A stretch of 64,000 nucleotides of DNA from a virus. Lineage: Duplodnaviria > Caudoviricetes. This document shows, in pieces, positions 11,478-25,900 of the stretch (positions within the stretch are counted from its first letter, which is position 1; every line of letters starts with the position of its first letter). The stretch covers positions 38,217 through 102,216 of the IMG/VR virus record IMGVR_UViG_3300033463_000049, one strand, 5' to 3'. The translations under genes and the position numbers were made by a program. The notes beneath the pieces are model-generated. The model made no database searches. It worked only from the letters and a program-made list of their open reading frames with translations, and was not told the DNA's origin.

Positions 11478-14400
11478 TTCACAACAATAGATAAATACAT
11501 TTGTTGGCGGCATGAATACCGATACCTCCGATTCGTTACTGGAGAGTAATCAGTACAGATATGCCGAAAATCTAAGAGTTGTTACTAACACCGACAGCAA
11601 TAGTGGAGAGTTGCGAATGATTGAAGGTACGAAAGTATTCATACCTCAAGGTGACTGGAATGAGATCATTAAGATCGATAAAGTTCGAGACATTGTAGTA
11701 TTTATTACTAGGAGTAGTAGTACTTGGTCTATATGGAAATTTAAAGACGGTGGAACAGCCTCTCCTACCAGAATATTTGGTCCGTGCAGTACGAAGATAT
11801 GGAAAACTGGATGTTATCCAAATCTCAGTACGGTACTTAATTACGAATCTGAAAGTAATATCAAGTACTATATTGCAGATGGAATACATCAAATAATGGT
11901 ACTTAATGTGGCAGATACTCCGTCTTACATTCCGACAGATATAAAACATCTTTCCGGATATACGGAAATCATGTTGCCAGACTTAAGTGTGCAAATATCA
12001 GACCGATCCGGACAATTAAAGTCTGCTAAAGTATAGTATGCGTATAGATTGTACAAATAGGGTGGATCTGCAACGAAACTCTCTCCTTTAAGTAGAGTAT
12101 TATCTCTGTACAAAGATTCTAAATCTGGATACGCTAGTACTTTTAGATCTGGTAGATCTGTTAGAATTTTACAACCTTCTGCAGAATTTTATACACAGTC
12201 TACATAGCCATCTGGATACTTTGTAAATCCAAGAATATATATTTCTACAGACACTGTTGTAGATAATCAAGGATTGCGCGGCACACCGACTGTTCCGTAG
12301 ATACATATAAACGATATATCGTTCTCAAAATATTCGAATAACGGAAATTAGCAAATCGGAGAATCTATTCACGATTGTTATTATATAGAAGACACATTGT
12401 GTACAAGAAATTTGGACACAGATCCGTTGTCTCCGTCTGAAGTTTTGTATTCCTACAATCACAATACTGCCGTGCGCGGATTAGATTCAACTCATTACTT
12501 TGAAAATTCTGGAGACGACGACTCTACGTGGATACAAGAAAATTCAAGACTGATTGTTGTGCAAATCGGAAGTACTATGGACGACAATGAATACGAATGT
12601 TCTAATGTTATAGAGTTTACATATGACGATCTGTACCAACTCACACTGAGTTCCGGATGTATTGTAGACTCTGTGTGGCAAGCCGGCCAAAGAATTCAAG
12701 TAGATAGTATTCAGCGTACACATCCGTTAGGAAATACATCGCAACAGCAAGAAAACCTTTCTGTATCTGAAGTATTGGATAGAATACAGATTTTCAGAAT
12801 CAATTATGTAGTAAACGGACAATCACCAGAAGTAAACGTAATATATGATGGCACATATGTTGCCGGAGGTTAGATTATAGACTCGGGGCAAGATGATTTA
12901 CGCTCAGTTGCAGTTTCTGAATTATTGTCATACGTTGATTTTGGAGTTACTCCAAAAGTACTGGAGGTGAAAAATAATTATTTATTTGCTGCCAACATAA
13001 ATTATTCTCAGTAGAAGACCGACGATCTGTTTAAGAACCTAGATCTGAGTTCATGCTTTACTATAGAATAGTGCACTGGACCAGAATACACAATAAGTGA
13101 AACTAGTTAGGATTTAAATTATCAATCTCAACACGCAGCATTTAGGCCCGGTGAAACCTATCGATTTGGAGTAATATTCTACGATAATGAAGGAAATCGT
13201 TCTAGCGTATTTCCGCTAGGAAATGACGTTACTATGGACGATTATTCATCTTTCAATTGGTTGACTATAAACCAAGGTACTCCTACAGACACTGTATATA
13301 GCCCTACGTTTACAATAAAACCACCGACAGTAAAGATAAAACAAAGAAGTTATATACCAAACTGTTCTAGATACGAGATTGTAAGATGCATAAGAACGTT
13401 GTCAGATAAACGCACCCTTACACAAGGATTGATAGCAAAACCCGCAGAATGTTGGGATGCAAATCCATTAGAAGGAAGCAGCCATCGGATGCGTATAATA
13501 GGACCGAGAACTTTATTTTCTCTTGGAGAAATTGATTCGTATCACGGGGCGAATTTTAATGATGAAACTAGGTATGTTACAACTTCCGATTCAAACATCC
13601 TTTGTTTTGCATCTCCGGAATATGTTTATCAGCAAGACGATGTAAAAGATATGTTGAACTAGTATCAAGGTGCGCTGTCGGTAAAACGTGTTGCGAATTA
13701 TATTCCGTACATCAAAGTTGATCAGAGTAATTCATATAAATATGCTCCAACAAACGGTACTTTTAATTATCCGACAGTTATTGGGTATACTAATAACATT
13801 ACTATAACTCACTAGTTTAGTAGTATTATTAATTCACAAACACTTTCGCTGCCGTTTACAAAAAACAATAAAACTGGATATATAAAGTTTAATCACATTA
13901 CTCCGCATACAATATAGTATTATACTACATTTGTAGCAAACGGGCCGGCAAATATTACAGATCTAGCATATCCGAATGTACCAGCATATAATGCTTTTGC
14001 AAACGGAGAAGATTTGCGATTTAAAGACGATATAACGACCATAGGAGACTATTCTTATCTCGGATGGTCTGCGTTAGCTTATAATGTTAGTAATACAGGA
14101 AGCGGTAGTGAATTGTATAATACGTTTAAAAATGGTAACGGAGAAACATATCCAATTGGAACAACTGGGGCATGTGTTTTAATGAAGGTTGATAATATAA
14201 ATACATTTACTCCAAACACGGTGGTTGAAACCAACGGTCCGTTTTTGATAACTGTAGCAGATATATACAAATCTGCAAATCCTTACGGAGGAGATACTTC
14301 GGACGCAAAAAGGAATAGTACATATTGCTCATTTGGAGATGTATTTGAAAATCAAGTTGCAGATCATGTGCTGAACAGCGGTGACTGTTATATTAGAATG

Positions 14401-15876
14401 TTCTAGTATAACGCACTACACAACTGGTATGATGCAACATTTCCGGCTGTAACTAAATGTGGAACTGTATATAGCGTTCCAATGTTTATGGACATTGACT
14501 TACACGGACAGTACGGAACTACGTATACAAAGAACATAGCAAAAGGATATTATATACAAGATAAAGCGGCTCAATTTGATTCATACATACAAGAGACAGA
14601 TGCTTATTTGTATAATACTGCTTACAATCAACATCCGGATATAATAAAATACTCTACGAACGATAATCGTGAGTATATCTCACAGCAATACGATACCAGA
14701 GTTCATTATTCTGAATAGAAAACTAATAATGAAGATATAGATAGTTGGACACAGTTCAGAGCAATGAACTTCTCAGATGTAGATTCCAGATTTGGTGAGA
14801 TAACGGGTCTTAAGTTGTTTAAAGACAAACTTGTATTCTGGCAAGAAAATGCAACTGGAGTTTTGGCTGTCAACGAACGCGTGATACTTCAAGATGCAAA
14901 CGATACACAAGTTACGCTCGGTACTGGTCAAGTGTTGGATAGATATGATTACATAAGTACTGTATACGGTATGAAGAAAGACCAGAGTACGGCTTGTATT
15001 TCTAACGACGCACTATATTGGTGGGATGGTAACAACAGAGAGTTGTTACAATATGCTGAAAAGTATTCTGTAGTACCTTTGTCGCAGGTTAAAAATATAC
15101 GCAACTATATAAACAACAGTGCTGAAAATGACCATCCTCATGTATACTATAATAATAAGTATAAAGAGGTTGTATTCCAGTGTGTAAACAACGAAGCTGT
15201 GGCATACAGCGAGTTATTGTAGAGATTTACTTCAGTCTATACGGCTATTGAGAACAACCAAAAAGGATTTATTCCCACATACTCAGCTTGTGTGAACGAT
15301 ACTATATATATTACGGATGGAAAAACTATTGAGACAGACAATACAGTTTCACAAAGCGGATCTAAGTTGTTTGGATATAGCGCATATCCTTATATAAAGT
15401 ATATAGTAAATTCTAACAATACGCTAACAAAAACTTTCGATACTCAAATAATAGGCGGAGAGTTGTACGGAGGAAGTACTCGACACGAATTAGTGGAAGG
15501 CAGTAGTTATGGAACCCACAAAGCCAACGGAAAGGATGTAAATTCTGAAATGCTATTCCAAAATCAACCAAAATTGATAGACGACACTCATAATTCTCTA
15601 ACACAAGCTAAGCATATTTTGCATGACGATGGCGTGTTAAAAGACTTGGAAATGCGTTACAACACTCCGTTAAAACAAACAGCTCATACTACTGGTACAT
15701 CTTTGAGTAATAGAGAATACGATTATAGACTTAACATTCCGAGAGAGACTGGTAATGAAGTTTACGGCGGAAGGTTAAAGGGAAAAACGATGCAATGTGA
15801 ATTATGGTCTACTAATAACTCCATTGACTTCTCATTGCAATACATAATAACTAAATATAGAATGTCATGGAGTTAA
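11467..15876 (+). CDS. Muzzle / tail stabilization protein (code 15, ~1469 aa)
   Basis: Seven track ORFs in one frame; NTFVGGMNTD N-terminus, FRPGETYRFGVIFYD, DVDSRFGEIT, GRLKGK C-terminus. Confidence 0.85.
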
Positions 15877-17801
15877 GAGATAGAAAATATATAAAGAACA
15901 GAAAACAGCTTCCTAAATTTGATCCGGGTAAGCCGGACACTGGGGTAGGTGCTGGCAATAATTGGTAGAATATAGATCCAACTTCTGCTATTACAGGTAC
16001 TCTAAATACAGCAGCGTCTATTTATGACGCACACCAATTTACTACTACATCTGACGACTATATCAACAAATATGGGTCTACTAACTCTAACATAGGTGGA
16101 ATCGGTTATACTAAATACAACGATATAGACCGTGGTAGAGAGATGGATATAGTTGGAAGAGAAAATACATAGAATACGTTTAAGACAACGTTAGCTGGTG
16201 TTGGCGCAGGTGCTGCAATCGGTTCAATCATACCGGGCGTAGGTACTGCAATTGGTGCTGGAGTCGGCGCTCTTGTTGGTGGTTTAGGAGGCCTTGTTGG
16301 AGGTTTGTTTGGTGGTTCTCATCGTAAACATAAGGCTCGTCAAGAAATGAGAGAAGCTCAGCAAAGAGTTGACAACTATAATGAGATGAACAGATCTGAT
16401 GCACTCACTACTTCCCTGCAGCTCAAACAAGCAGAAAAGTACGGAGATAGCAGATCTCAGTTGTTGTTTAGTGCAAATCTTGGAAAGCCGAGTGGGTTTA
16501 ATCCAAGCAAGGCCGTTTCTAGTTTAAAACCTGTGCACACCGTTGCAGGAAAGGTAACAGCTCCGCAAAACTCGTTTACTAGACTACATGAAGGATTGTG
16601 GAACAAAGATGAAGAGCTGGCACACTTTGTAGACGAAGGTCCGAACGATACCGCACCTAGTTATTTAAGAGATGGAGACGTCGCCTTCGGAGCTACAAAA
16701 AATCCAGAGACCAATAATAAATTTGAAGACGATGCTGAACCGTACATTCGTATTATGGAAGCTATAAACAAAAATAGACCGAAGGGGGATGGTCCACTTG
16801 GAGAATCGTCTAGAAAAACATACGACATGGCCGTTAAGAATATAAAGCAGAATGCTGTAAATAATTTAAATCATTTAGAAGATGTTATGAATGCTACGAT
16901 GGCATATAATAAATATAATTGCGGAAAGCCAAAATTTGATCCCGGTAAACCAGATACCAGGTCCTCCTTAGAGAAGAATGGCCTAGCAGATGAATACGGA
17001 CTCACATGGTGGGGAAACGCAGTCCCTTCGTCGATAGGGGCATTAGCTAGCCTCGCATAGTATTTTGAAGCAAAAGGAGATAAACCGTATAGACCAGATA
17101 CATATGTGCCAAATAGATTTTAGGATAAAGGTTTAGCTCTCCTTTCCAGCCTTAGAATAAATCCATATGGCACAATGTAGCAGTTAAGAGACGCAGAAGC
17201 CCGTACAAATAGTGCAGTTACTTCTTCTGGTGGATTGAGTACGGCTTAGAAAAATCTAGCAAGAATTGCTTCTCTACATGGAACACAGCAGCAGATTGGT
17301 AATATGTTGAATAGCATACAAGCTCAGAATAACTCATATTTCTCCAATTATGCAAATGCTTTGTTGGCACAAGGACTCGGAGATGCCCGACGTAGTCAAG
17401 CTGCTAAACAGTATGATCTTGAGTATTATGCTAAAGCACATGCTGCAAGACAATAGATGCAGCAAATGGGTATGCGTAACTTCTTGGATTATATTCAGCA
17501 GTATGGCAGAAATGAGTTTGAAAGAAAGAACGCTCTTGCAAATATCGGAATGTACAAACAGTCTATTGATATTGAAAGGGAGAAATTGGATAGATAGTTC
17601 CCGAAAACGAAGGCACAGGATGCTTCTTCTACTACATGGACTGGCGGAATACCTTATGTAATTGCCCCTGAGATATTAGATAAGATTCCAGGAGCAGTTA
17701 CTCAACCTACATTACAATTTGTACCGGGACCACAAAACTGGCAAAAGCCAAGGAATACGTGGGCAGATAACATTATGAACCAATACGGATGGGGACGATA
17801 A
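15867..17801 (+). CDS. Internal virion cargo/ejection protein with glycine zipper (code 15, 644 aa)
   Basis: GVGAGAAIGSIIPGVGTAIGAGVGALVGGLGGLVGG TM/gly-zipper; Ala/Gln-rich helical C-terminus; TAA at 17799-17801. Confidence 0.75.
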
Positions 17802-17802
17802 T

Positions 17803-19929
17803 ATGATATACGCTTATGATCAGAATATACAATATCCAGTAAAGGATTTGTATGATAGCTAGATGATAGCAATGAGTATTGCTGCAGCTAAGGATATGTA
17901 TGAGAAGGGTCAATAGGAAATCAAAGAGTTTAAAAAGGAATTTGGAGATTTTTACAGTCCGTTTAAAAAGGACATGGCTAGGTATGGTCAAATCGTAAGC
18001 GGAGTAAAAGACACCATTGACAATCTTTACGCAAACGGAATAGATCCAATTAGAAGTGCAGAAGGTAGGGCTGCTGTCAGCAGAGCTATTCAGAGTGTTG
18101 ATCCTGCTGAATTGAATAACATGCGCGCAAATGCAAAAGTTGGATATGCGTATTTGGATGCATTGCAGAAGTTAAATTCTCAAGGCAAATATGATCCAAA
18201 CATGCAGAATGCGTATTTGAGATCACAAGGCTTGCCGACATTTGAAGAGTTTAGTTCTGAGGGTGGTAACGCATGGACCCAATCTTCGCCAATGGAAGCT
18301 ATAAACCTCAGAGACCTAACCTCTCCGGGCTTTGCGCATAGAACTGCACACGAGCTTACCAGGGAGCAAGCTATGCGAGAAATGGGATCTTCATATGACC
18401 CGAGAGCAAAATATACCGGATTTACATATGACGATCTGTTTGATACGGCCGGAATGCTTGTTCCAGGACTTCGCGGAGATTGGAGAGCTGAATATTTCAG
18501 GGATATTTCTGCACAAAAAGCACTGGCTAAGAATCCAAATGCCACGCAAGCAGACATTGATAAATAGTTTTAGAGTGATATTGCTGAAGCAAACAGATAG
18601 TGGATAATAGAGCCGAGTGGAAAATTGGACGATTACTACAAAGAGGCTGGATTGCAATTAGATAGGCAAAAGCTTGGATTGGAAGCTGCGAGAATGGCAC
18701 AAGCACAGCGCAATGCAGACAGATCTTTCCAATTAGAACTGCTTAAAAATGGAATAGGAATAGATCCAAAGACTGGAAGATTTGTTGCCGCCACACCATC
18801 AGACATGAGTGGATATGTCCAACCGGTAGAACAGAGGTAGATTGATAAAAATGTAAAAGGTAGAGCAGACGCTCTCGGTAGTTATCAATAGGTACTATAG
18901 TTATGGATGCAACAGAATCAGAAGACAATTGACGACTACGAAAGAGAAAAGCGTGCGAGTACTATCGGATATAGAGAAGAACAGACGCCTGCTACAAAAA
19001 TTTCAAAATATCCAAGTGCAGTAGGTGGGGTTATTCCGCAATTTGGTAACACATCTGGTACGATTACTAAAAAAGTTCCGTACATAAAAAATGCAGCATC
19101 TGATGAGCGACTTGCTAAATTAAAGAAAAACGCAGACACCGCTAGATACAATATCAGAGAAATAAAAAAGATGATGTCTGGTGGAGTTGAACAGCTTAAA
19201 CGTAGAGGTTACTTGGATGCAAACGGATTCCCGACTGAAAGATATACCAAACTTGTTACAAAACTGTATCTCAATAAGGATAGAATGGCGGGTTTGTCGC
19301 AAACACAAAAACAGTAGACTGTAAACGGATTGTTTAACTCGCTATATTCTGCTGGCGATTTGGCGGCTGGTGATTTCAAAAATTGGAGAGATTCTCAATT
19401 TGCTTCTGGTAATTTAGAGACGCTTCCTGGAACCAAAGATAAGAAAATGAGATCTGTATACACAGGAGAATATACCTACGCTCCAGTATACAAGAATGCT
19501 GCTCTTGGTGTAAAGATGGGCGAATCTTCGATGGAAATTCGAATAAATAATTGGCTTACTAATAATATACAGGCATGGGACTTCTCCAGTAAAAAGTAGG
19601 ATTATTTCTTACCTGGTAAAGGCGGAGAAAAATATGCAACCGAAGGTCCTCTGTTAATATCAGAAACGTCGTTAAAAGAGTTTGCAAAACTGTATGGATA
19701 TAGTCTTTCAGATGTAACTAAAAAACAGAATCTCCGCAGACATTCCTATAAAAAGGAAGGATCTCCGTACGAAACTGTTTATTACGAAATTCCAGTATTT
19801 AAAGATTTGAATAATAACGGAGGCTTTAATTATTATAGAATAAACGAAACTGTGAATAAAAAAGACTTCGGTTCGAGTTAGAGTGCAAAAGACAGAGAAG
19901 ATGCACAACATCAGTCTGTAATGAATTGA
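17803..19929 (+). CDS. Putative internal virion/ejection protein (code 15, 708 aa)
   Basis: Four track ORFs in one frame joined by TAG; TGA at 19927-19929. Confidence 0.7.
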
Positions 19930-19933
19930 TTGT

Positions 19934-22900
19934 ATGAAAAAACAAATATATAACCCTAGATATCAACAAGGTGAAGCGATATTGTAGAACCTGCGGAGCA
20001 ATAAAGTCCGCAGGTCTTACGCTTCATATGCCCCTGTGTACGAAGGCGTTATATCTCCAATAGAGTATGAGTAGAACGACAGCGCAGCGCAATACGATTC
20101 TAGTGGAGATGTTGTAGCGGAAGACAAGGGAGGAGTACTTTCCGGAATAGGAGAGTTTTTATTTGGAGATTATCACCACGCTGCAGATAGATTTGCGGAA
20201 GCAAGTTTAGCAGACTCGTGGAGATTGTTTCACGAAAAACGTCTGCAGGCAGAAACTACTAACAAATTAAATCTGGTTTCAGAAGCAGAAAGTAAACTCA
20301 GTGAATTAAAACGCGCTGAAGATTATGCGGATTCTGTCGATAAATATAATAATCTTCTACAGTAGTATTCTAATGCAATAAAGTAGAACAACTTAGAAGG
20401 CGCGCGCAACATAAAGAGTGAAATAGATAAGTGCATAAAAGACATCGTTTCTTTTTAGACCGATATAAAATTTAAAGGCAAAAACAGCGATATAAATGTA
20501 GATTTGTTTTTCGATCCGTCGAAAGATGAAAAACAAGGAAAGTATATTAGAAACGAGGTTCGTAGAAACGTTTTAAAAGAAAACTTAACTTGGGATAGAA
20601 GAGAGCCAATTGGTACATCGGCTGCGTTATCTTGGGTTTAGAATTTGTTTGAGAGCGGTCAAATGGCCATACAAAAGGCGATTTCTCCAGAACAAGCTAG
20701 AGGAAACTTTACAAAAAAAGCAATCAAATAGAGTTTATCTGGAGACAGGTGGACCGATTATTTATTCGAAGGGTATGACGAAAAAGATGGTCCAACTACT
20801 ACGGATTTGCGAAACAAGATACAGCCTTATAAAAACTATTGGGAAAGACAGTTAGAGAATCGAAAGATTGATGCTATTAAATCCAGTATTTAGTATAAAA
20901 ACGGAAACTGGTTGTTTGATCCTCAAAAAATAAATCCAAAGTTTAGACAATACTCTGAAAACAACGATTCTGGTCTAATTGGAGGATTGCTTCCAGACCA
21001 ACTGCTGTATTCGTTTTCTGAACTCGGAAGTTCTTGGAGTGATTGGCAAAATATGGCATTGATGACAATGTCCGATGTCGCAGCAGGATATGGTGCAAAG
21101 GTTCTTACTAATTTCGCAGTAAAGAGAAGTCCTTATATAAACGCAGTTTTAGCAATAGACCAATATAACAGATTGAAAACTGCGGGAAGATTTGCAGAAG
21201 CTTCTAAACTTGAAAAGACTGTTGCCGCTGCAAAAAAACTGGTACCACAGGCCGTAGTATCCGGAGTAAATTCAATAGAATCGGTAGGAAAAGGGGCCGC
21301 TATGTTGGCAAGTACATATTTTATAAATAGAATGCGTCAACATGAGACCAATTCCGAAGTAATGGATGCCTGGTCGAATCGTGTTTTACAGAATGCGATG
21401 GACAAAAATGCAGATATGACGAAAGTGCTAAATAACACAAAGGAATATCTGACGCAAATAGGAATACCTACCGAAAACATGACAGATATAGACCTCGTCC
21501 AACATGCTTTGGCGTACAACATACCAAGTGGAGATTCTACTTTCGAACAAGAAAAGGAATCCGCACGCAAGGGATTGGATAAAGTCTACAACGAAAACAT
21601 GTCACTTGCAGCAAAGGATTACGTAGAGGCCTTGCCGTTTTTGTCGTTTTAGGGGTCTGTTTTAAAATCAATAGGAAACGGGTTTGTCAACAAATTAAAA
21701 GATAGAACCTACGCAAATGTGGCGAGGGGTATATTGGACAAGACCGCAGAAAGAGCTGTATCTAAGACGTTTTTAAATAGCAATTTATCTAGCAAACTGG
21801 CATCCAAGCATACAGCAGATTACTTAGAGAGAGCTTTAAAAAAAGCTGGTTGGGTAGGTACTATGGAGGGTATCGAAGAAGGTCAGCAACATTTATTGCA
21901 GCAAAGATATTCGAGAGGCGAGTATGATGATTATAATACTCCTACGTCTCAATTCTCTCTTCCGTCCGTATTTAGAGACTTTAATCTTGGTACAGATGCC
22001 GTCGGTGCATACTTGGGAATATTGTACGGCGATCCAGATAACGGCACTCCAGAATTGCGCAGGGCAATGCAAATAGGTGCAGTAGCTGGCATGTTGGGCG
22101 GCGGATTCGGCTTGGGTCTTGCATCAAACGTCCTTCCGTCAGAAGGTAGAGATAATATACGAAATTTAACAGCTCAACTTAGAAGTGATTTTGCTATAAA
22201 CAAGATTTTGGGAGATTCTTACGGCACAGCTCAAGACACTGCTCACATGAACATGTTTTATGACGCCATGTAGAAACACGGTGTTACAAGGTAGCGGTTG
22301 CAGCAAAGCTTGGAGGATCTTCGACAATTTAAAGGGGAAAACGTCACCGATGATTATATTTCACGCGATGTAGAACTATTAAATGATGTCTGGTACTATA
22401 CGAACAGTGACAAGTTTAATTCTTCTATGAAGGACAGGAATATAAAAAAGAACTCTCCGGAATATAAAACCGAGGTTATAAATGCCGCCAAAAGAAGAAC
22501 TTAGGTACGAGAACAGCTTCGATTTATACAAGAAAAGCTCAGAGAGCAGGATGGAATGAAAAATTCTGTTCTTAGAAAAGTATTTAATTCTTCTGACGGA
22601 TTTAGTGAAGCCGAAGATCCGGAGGTAGACAGATTGGTGGATCAACTGTGGAAATCATACGACGAGTATAAAATAAACAGAAAACAGACTCGTAAAAAGC
22701 TGGAAGAAGCTTTAAATAACGTTTAGACAAACGAGTATTCTCAAGAATGGCAGTTAAAGAAGGCAGAACAAGATTTGGAAGAGTTTGACAAATCTCAGGA
22801 ACTTGGGTGGCATGATTATTTGGATCAGACCATTGACAAAATGATCGCCTATAGAACTCTCCAAAATGCAGAAATTTTAACAGAAAACCTCACTTCTTCA

Positions 22901-25900
22901 AAGGAAGTTGTCGATACGATTTCTAAAGAGCTCGGATTGGGAATAGAATCCCCGAAAATTCAACCTTATTTGGACGCTCTTCAGTTACAAAAAGACCAAT
23001 TATATAAGAATCTTGAAAATGACGACGTTTATAATCAAAACGAACTTCGTAAATAGTTGAATGCAGCAAGAAAAAAGGGGCAGCCTATACTCCCACTTAT
23101 AGAAAATATTGCGGCAAGAATAGAAAAGAAATATGGTAGACTTCCGTTCTAGGATGAAATAGATAGTATTCAGCAAAATATGCTTTTGAGTAGGGCATAT
23201 TATGATGTAATGAAACCTATTTCTGACATGTATCATACTGGCGAAATAGATCCGAGATTGGCGGCGAAAGCAGTGTCTACTATATCATGGAAGAGTTTGT
23301 CTAAAGAAGAGCGAAAACTATACTTGGACACCATTAATGACGAGCGACAAAAGGATGGTAAAAACCCATTAAATGAAAAGAGTATAATTTTTGAATACTC
23401 TAAGCGCCAAAAAGATTCGATAAAAGACATAAAGGCTTTGTCGGAACAATACGCGAAGCATTTACAAGAACACAAAGATGAAGACGACAGCGGAAATGTA
23501 GATGTAGACGCCGAGGATATGAGAAAGCGCGCCGCTCAAATGCTGATGGATTTCGAACGTTAGAAGTTTGAAGATCTGCGTAGAATTAATCATAGAGAAT
23601 ATTTGCGCGAGGACTCTACAGTTAGTGTAGAAGATGCTGCTAAAAATGGCGACGAAGATGCCAAGCGAGTGTTGCAAGAAAATCTACAAAGTTATTCTAA
23701 CGATGAAATGTCAGATCGCGATGTGATCGGTGAGAGAACGGATTAGATTTTAACAGACACGCCAACAACCGTTTCGACTGACGAATCTCCGCAGGAGCAG
23801 ACAATAACATCTACTGATTCTGGTAGGCCTGTGATAGAATCTCCATCAGACGAATCAAATTCTATAGATAATGCGTCGGCAGAAGGTGAAAATGTTATAT
23901 ATGCCCCATCTGACGAAAGTGGGCCTCAGCCTATCGACAAACCATCTGACGAAAGTGGGCCTCAGCCGATAACGCAGACGCAGATGACGTCTCAAGAGAG
24001 ACATTTGCGTCACTTGTTGGGATATGACGACGAAGAGGTTGGTTAGTATTAGGCGCCGTCTGATGAAAGTGGAGAATAGTCCGTTGACAAATATGACCAA
24101 TATGATACTCGCGACTATATAGAAAAGGAAAGCGACGAAACTTCTATAGACGAGCAGTAGGCGCTAATTGATATAGACGACCACGGATCGTCTAGATATG
24201 ACGACTTCTTGCAAAGTAGAGACGAACGCACAATATAGTCTACAGATTAGATATATTCGAATTTCTTACATTAGACATTCAAATATGCTAACTATGCCGG
24301 GGATGACGAACTTCCGACAATAATAACTAAAAAGATTGTACGTGATGTAAACGGAAATCCTATTGTAAAGAACGGAGAAATTCAGTACGAAGAAAACCCT
24401 CTAAAGTTCAGAAACGGCGCACAGCTTAGATCTGGCGGACAACTCGCTAAAAAGCTTTTGATTCCGGGTTGGTTTGAGAAGGCAGATAAGTATTTTGTAA
24501 TAACTGCTGATGAATCTACTGTTTAGGATATAAAAAATCCAGATAATCTTGTTGTTATAATGGTAATTCAAGACGGAAATGATGCATATTGTACATTCAT
24601 GACAGGTCTTGAGATAAAAATAAACAAGAACGGAGGAGTGTTGTCAAACGGCGAAAAGGAAATTCGCAACAGAATGAAAACCATGTATTATTCTTCGTTC
24701 TATACGCAAGACGATTCTGGTATTACCGAGCATGTTGTAAAAGACGAATATGGAAATATCGATGAAGACGAAGTTCGTCTTGGACGATAGATAGTAATGA
24801 TGTCTCAATATATTGCGGAACATCCTGGAGAAGATACTTCAAAGCTCACGCAAGAAGAATTGTGGAAAAAAGCTGCAAGTTGGTATTCGTCTTCAGATCA
24901 AAAGGTTGTCAACAAGGTAGATTTTGCTGTAAGGCGCTTTTTATCTGGAGATCGCCCCGTATATAGTAATGAGAAAATAGAAGAAGAAATATCTAAACTT
25001 CGAGAGGTAAGAAATAGTATAATAGACGCATGTCTTACCAAAGATAAGTGGGGAAATTACCAATTATACTACGATCCGAGCCAATACAAGTATGTGAAAC
25101 CTTTAAATCCAAGAACTAGTGGTGGTAAGATAAACGACGTTAGAGAGGATGGAAAGCCAGTATTCAGAAAACTTACCGACGGTGGATTTGAAATGAGTAC
25201 CGACATAGAGGAACTCACCAGACAAATAGCCGATGAAGAAGTTATGATAGGCGTCGGTCTCGGTGAAAGATCGTTTGCATATAAGAGCGGAGAAAAAGCT
25301 CCTATTGCAAAGCTGGATCCGGAATCTACCGGCAATTATAATGAAGCTGGTTACGGACACTCTGGTAAAATCTATTATATCGCAACTACTGTAAATGGCG
25401 ACAGGAGAGCTATTCAGCTTTTTGAAAAAAAGTTTAAAGACAGTATAGAAAAAGTTGAGGCCGAGTATGTAGAAGAGTCGATACTCCCGAACGGAAAGAT
25501 TGCCGAAGGAGAAACTCCGACCATTAGTGAATTTATATTGAGACTGGTCACCGATACTATTTCTGACGACGTATTCGAAGGAATGCCTGTAAGATATATA
25601 CCGCAGTTTAAAAAGCAGTTATTGAAGATACTTGTAAATGCAGACCATAGTACTTGGGTAAGGGCAAAAAATGAATCGAAACAACAGCATTTTGCTCAGA
25701 AGCAGTTCTTTTTTGACGACGAAACGGGTGATTTGATAATCGCACTGCCGGACCAAAATGGTGTATATAAACACACCAAGTTTAATATAAAAGATATAAG
25801 GTCTGACGAAAATGTGCGAAAAATCATAATAGCAGCCATTTCTAATAATTTGCACTGGAATACAGATAGGACAATGATGGTTGACATGATGCCTGCGGAA

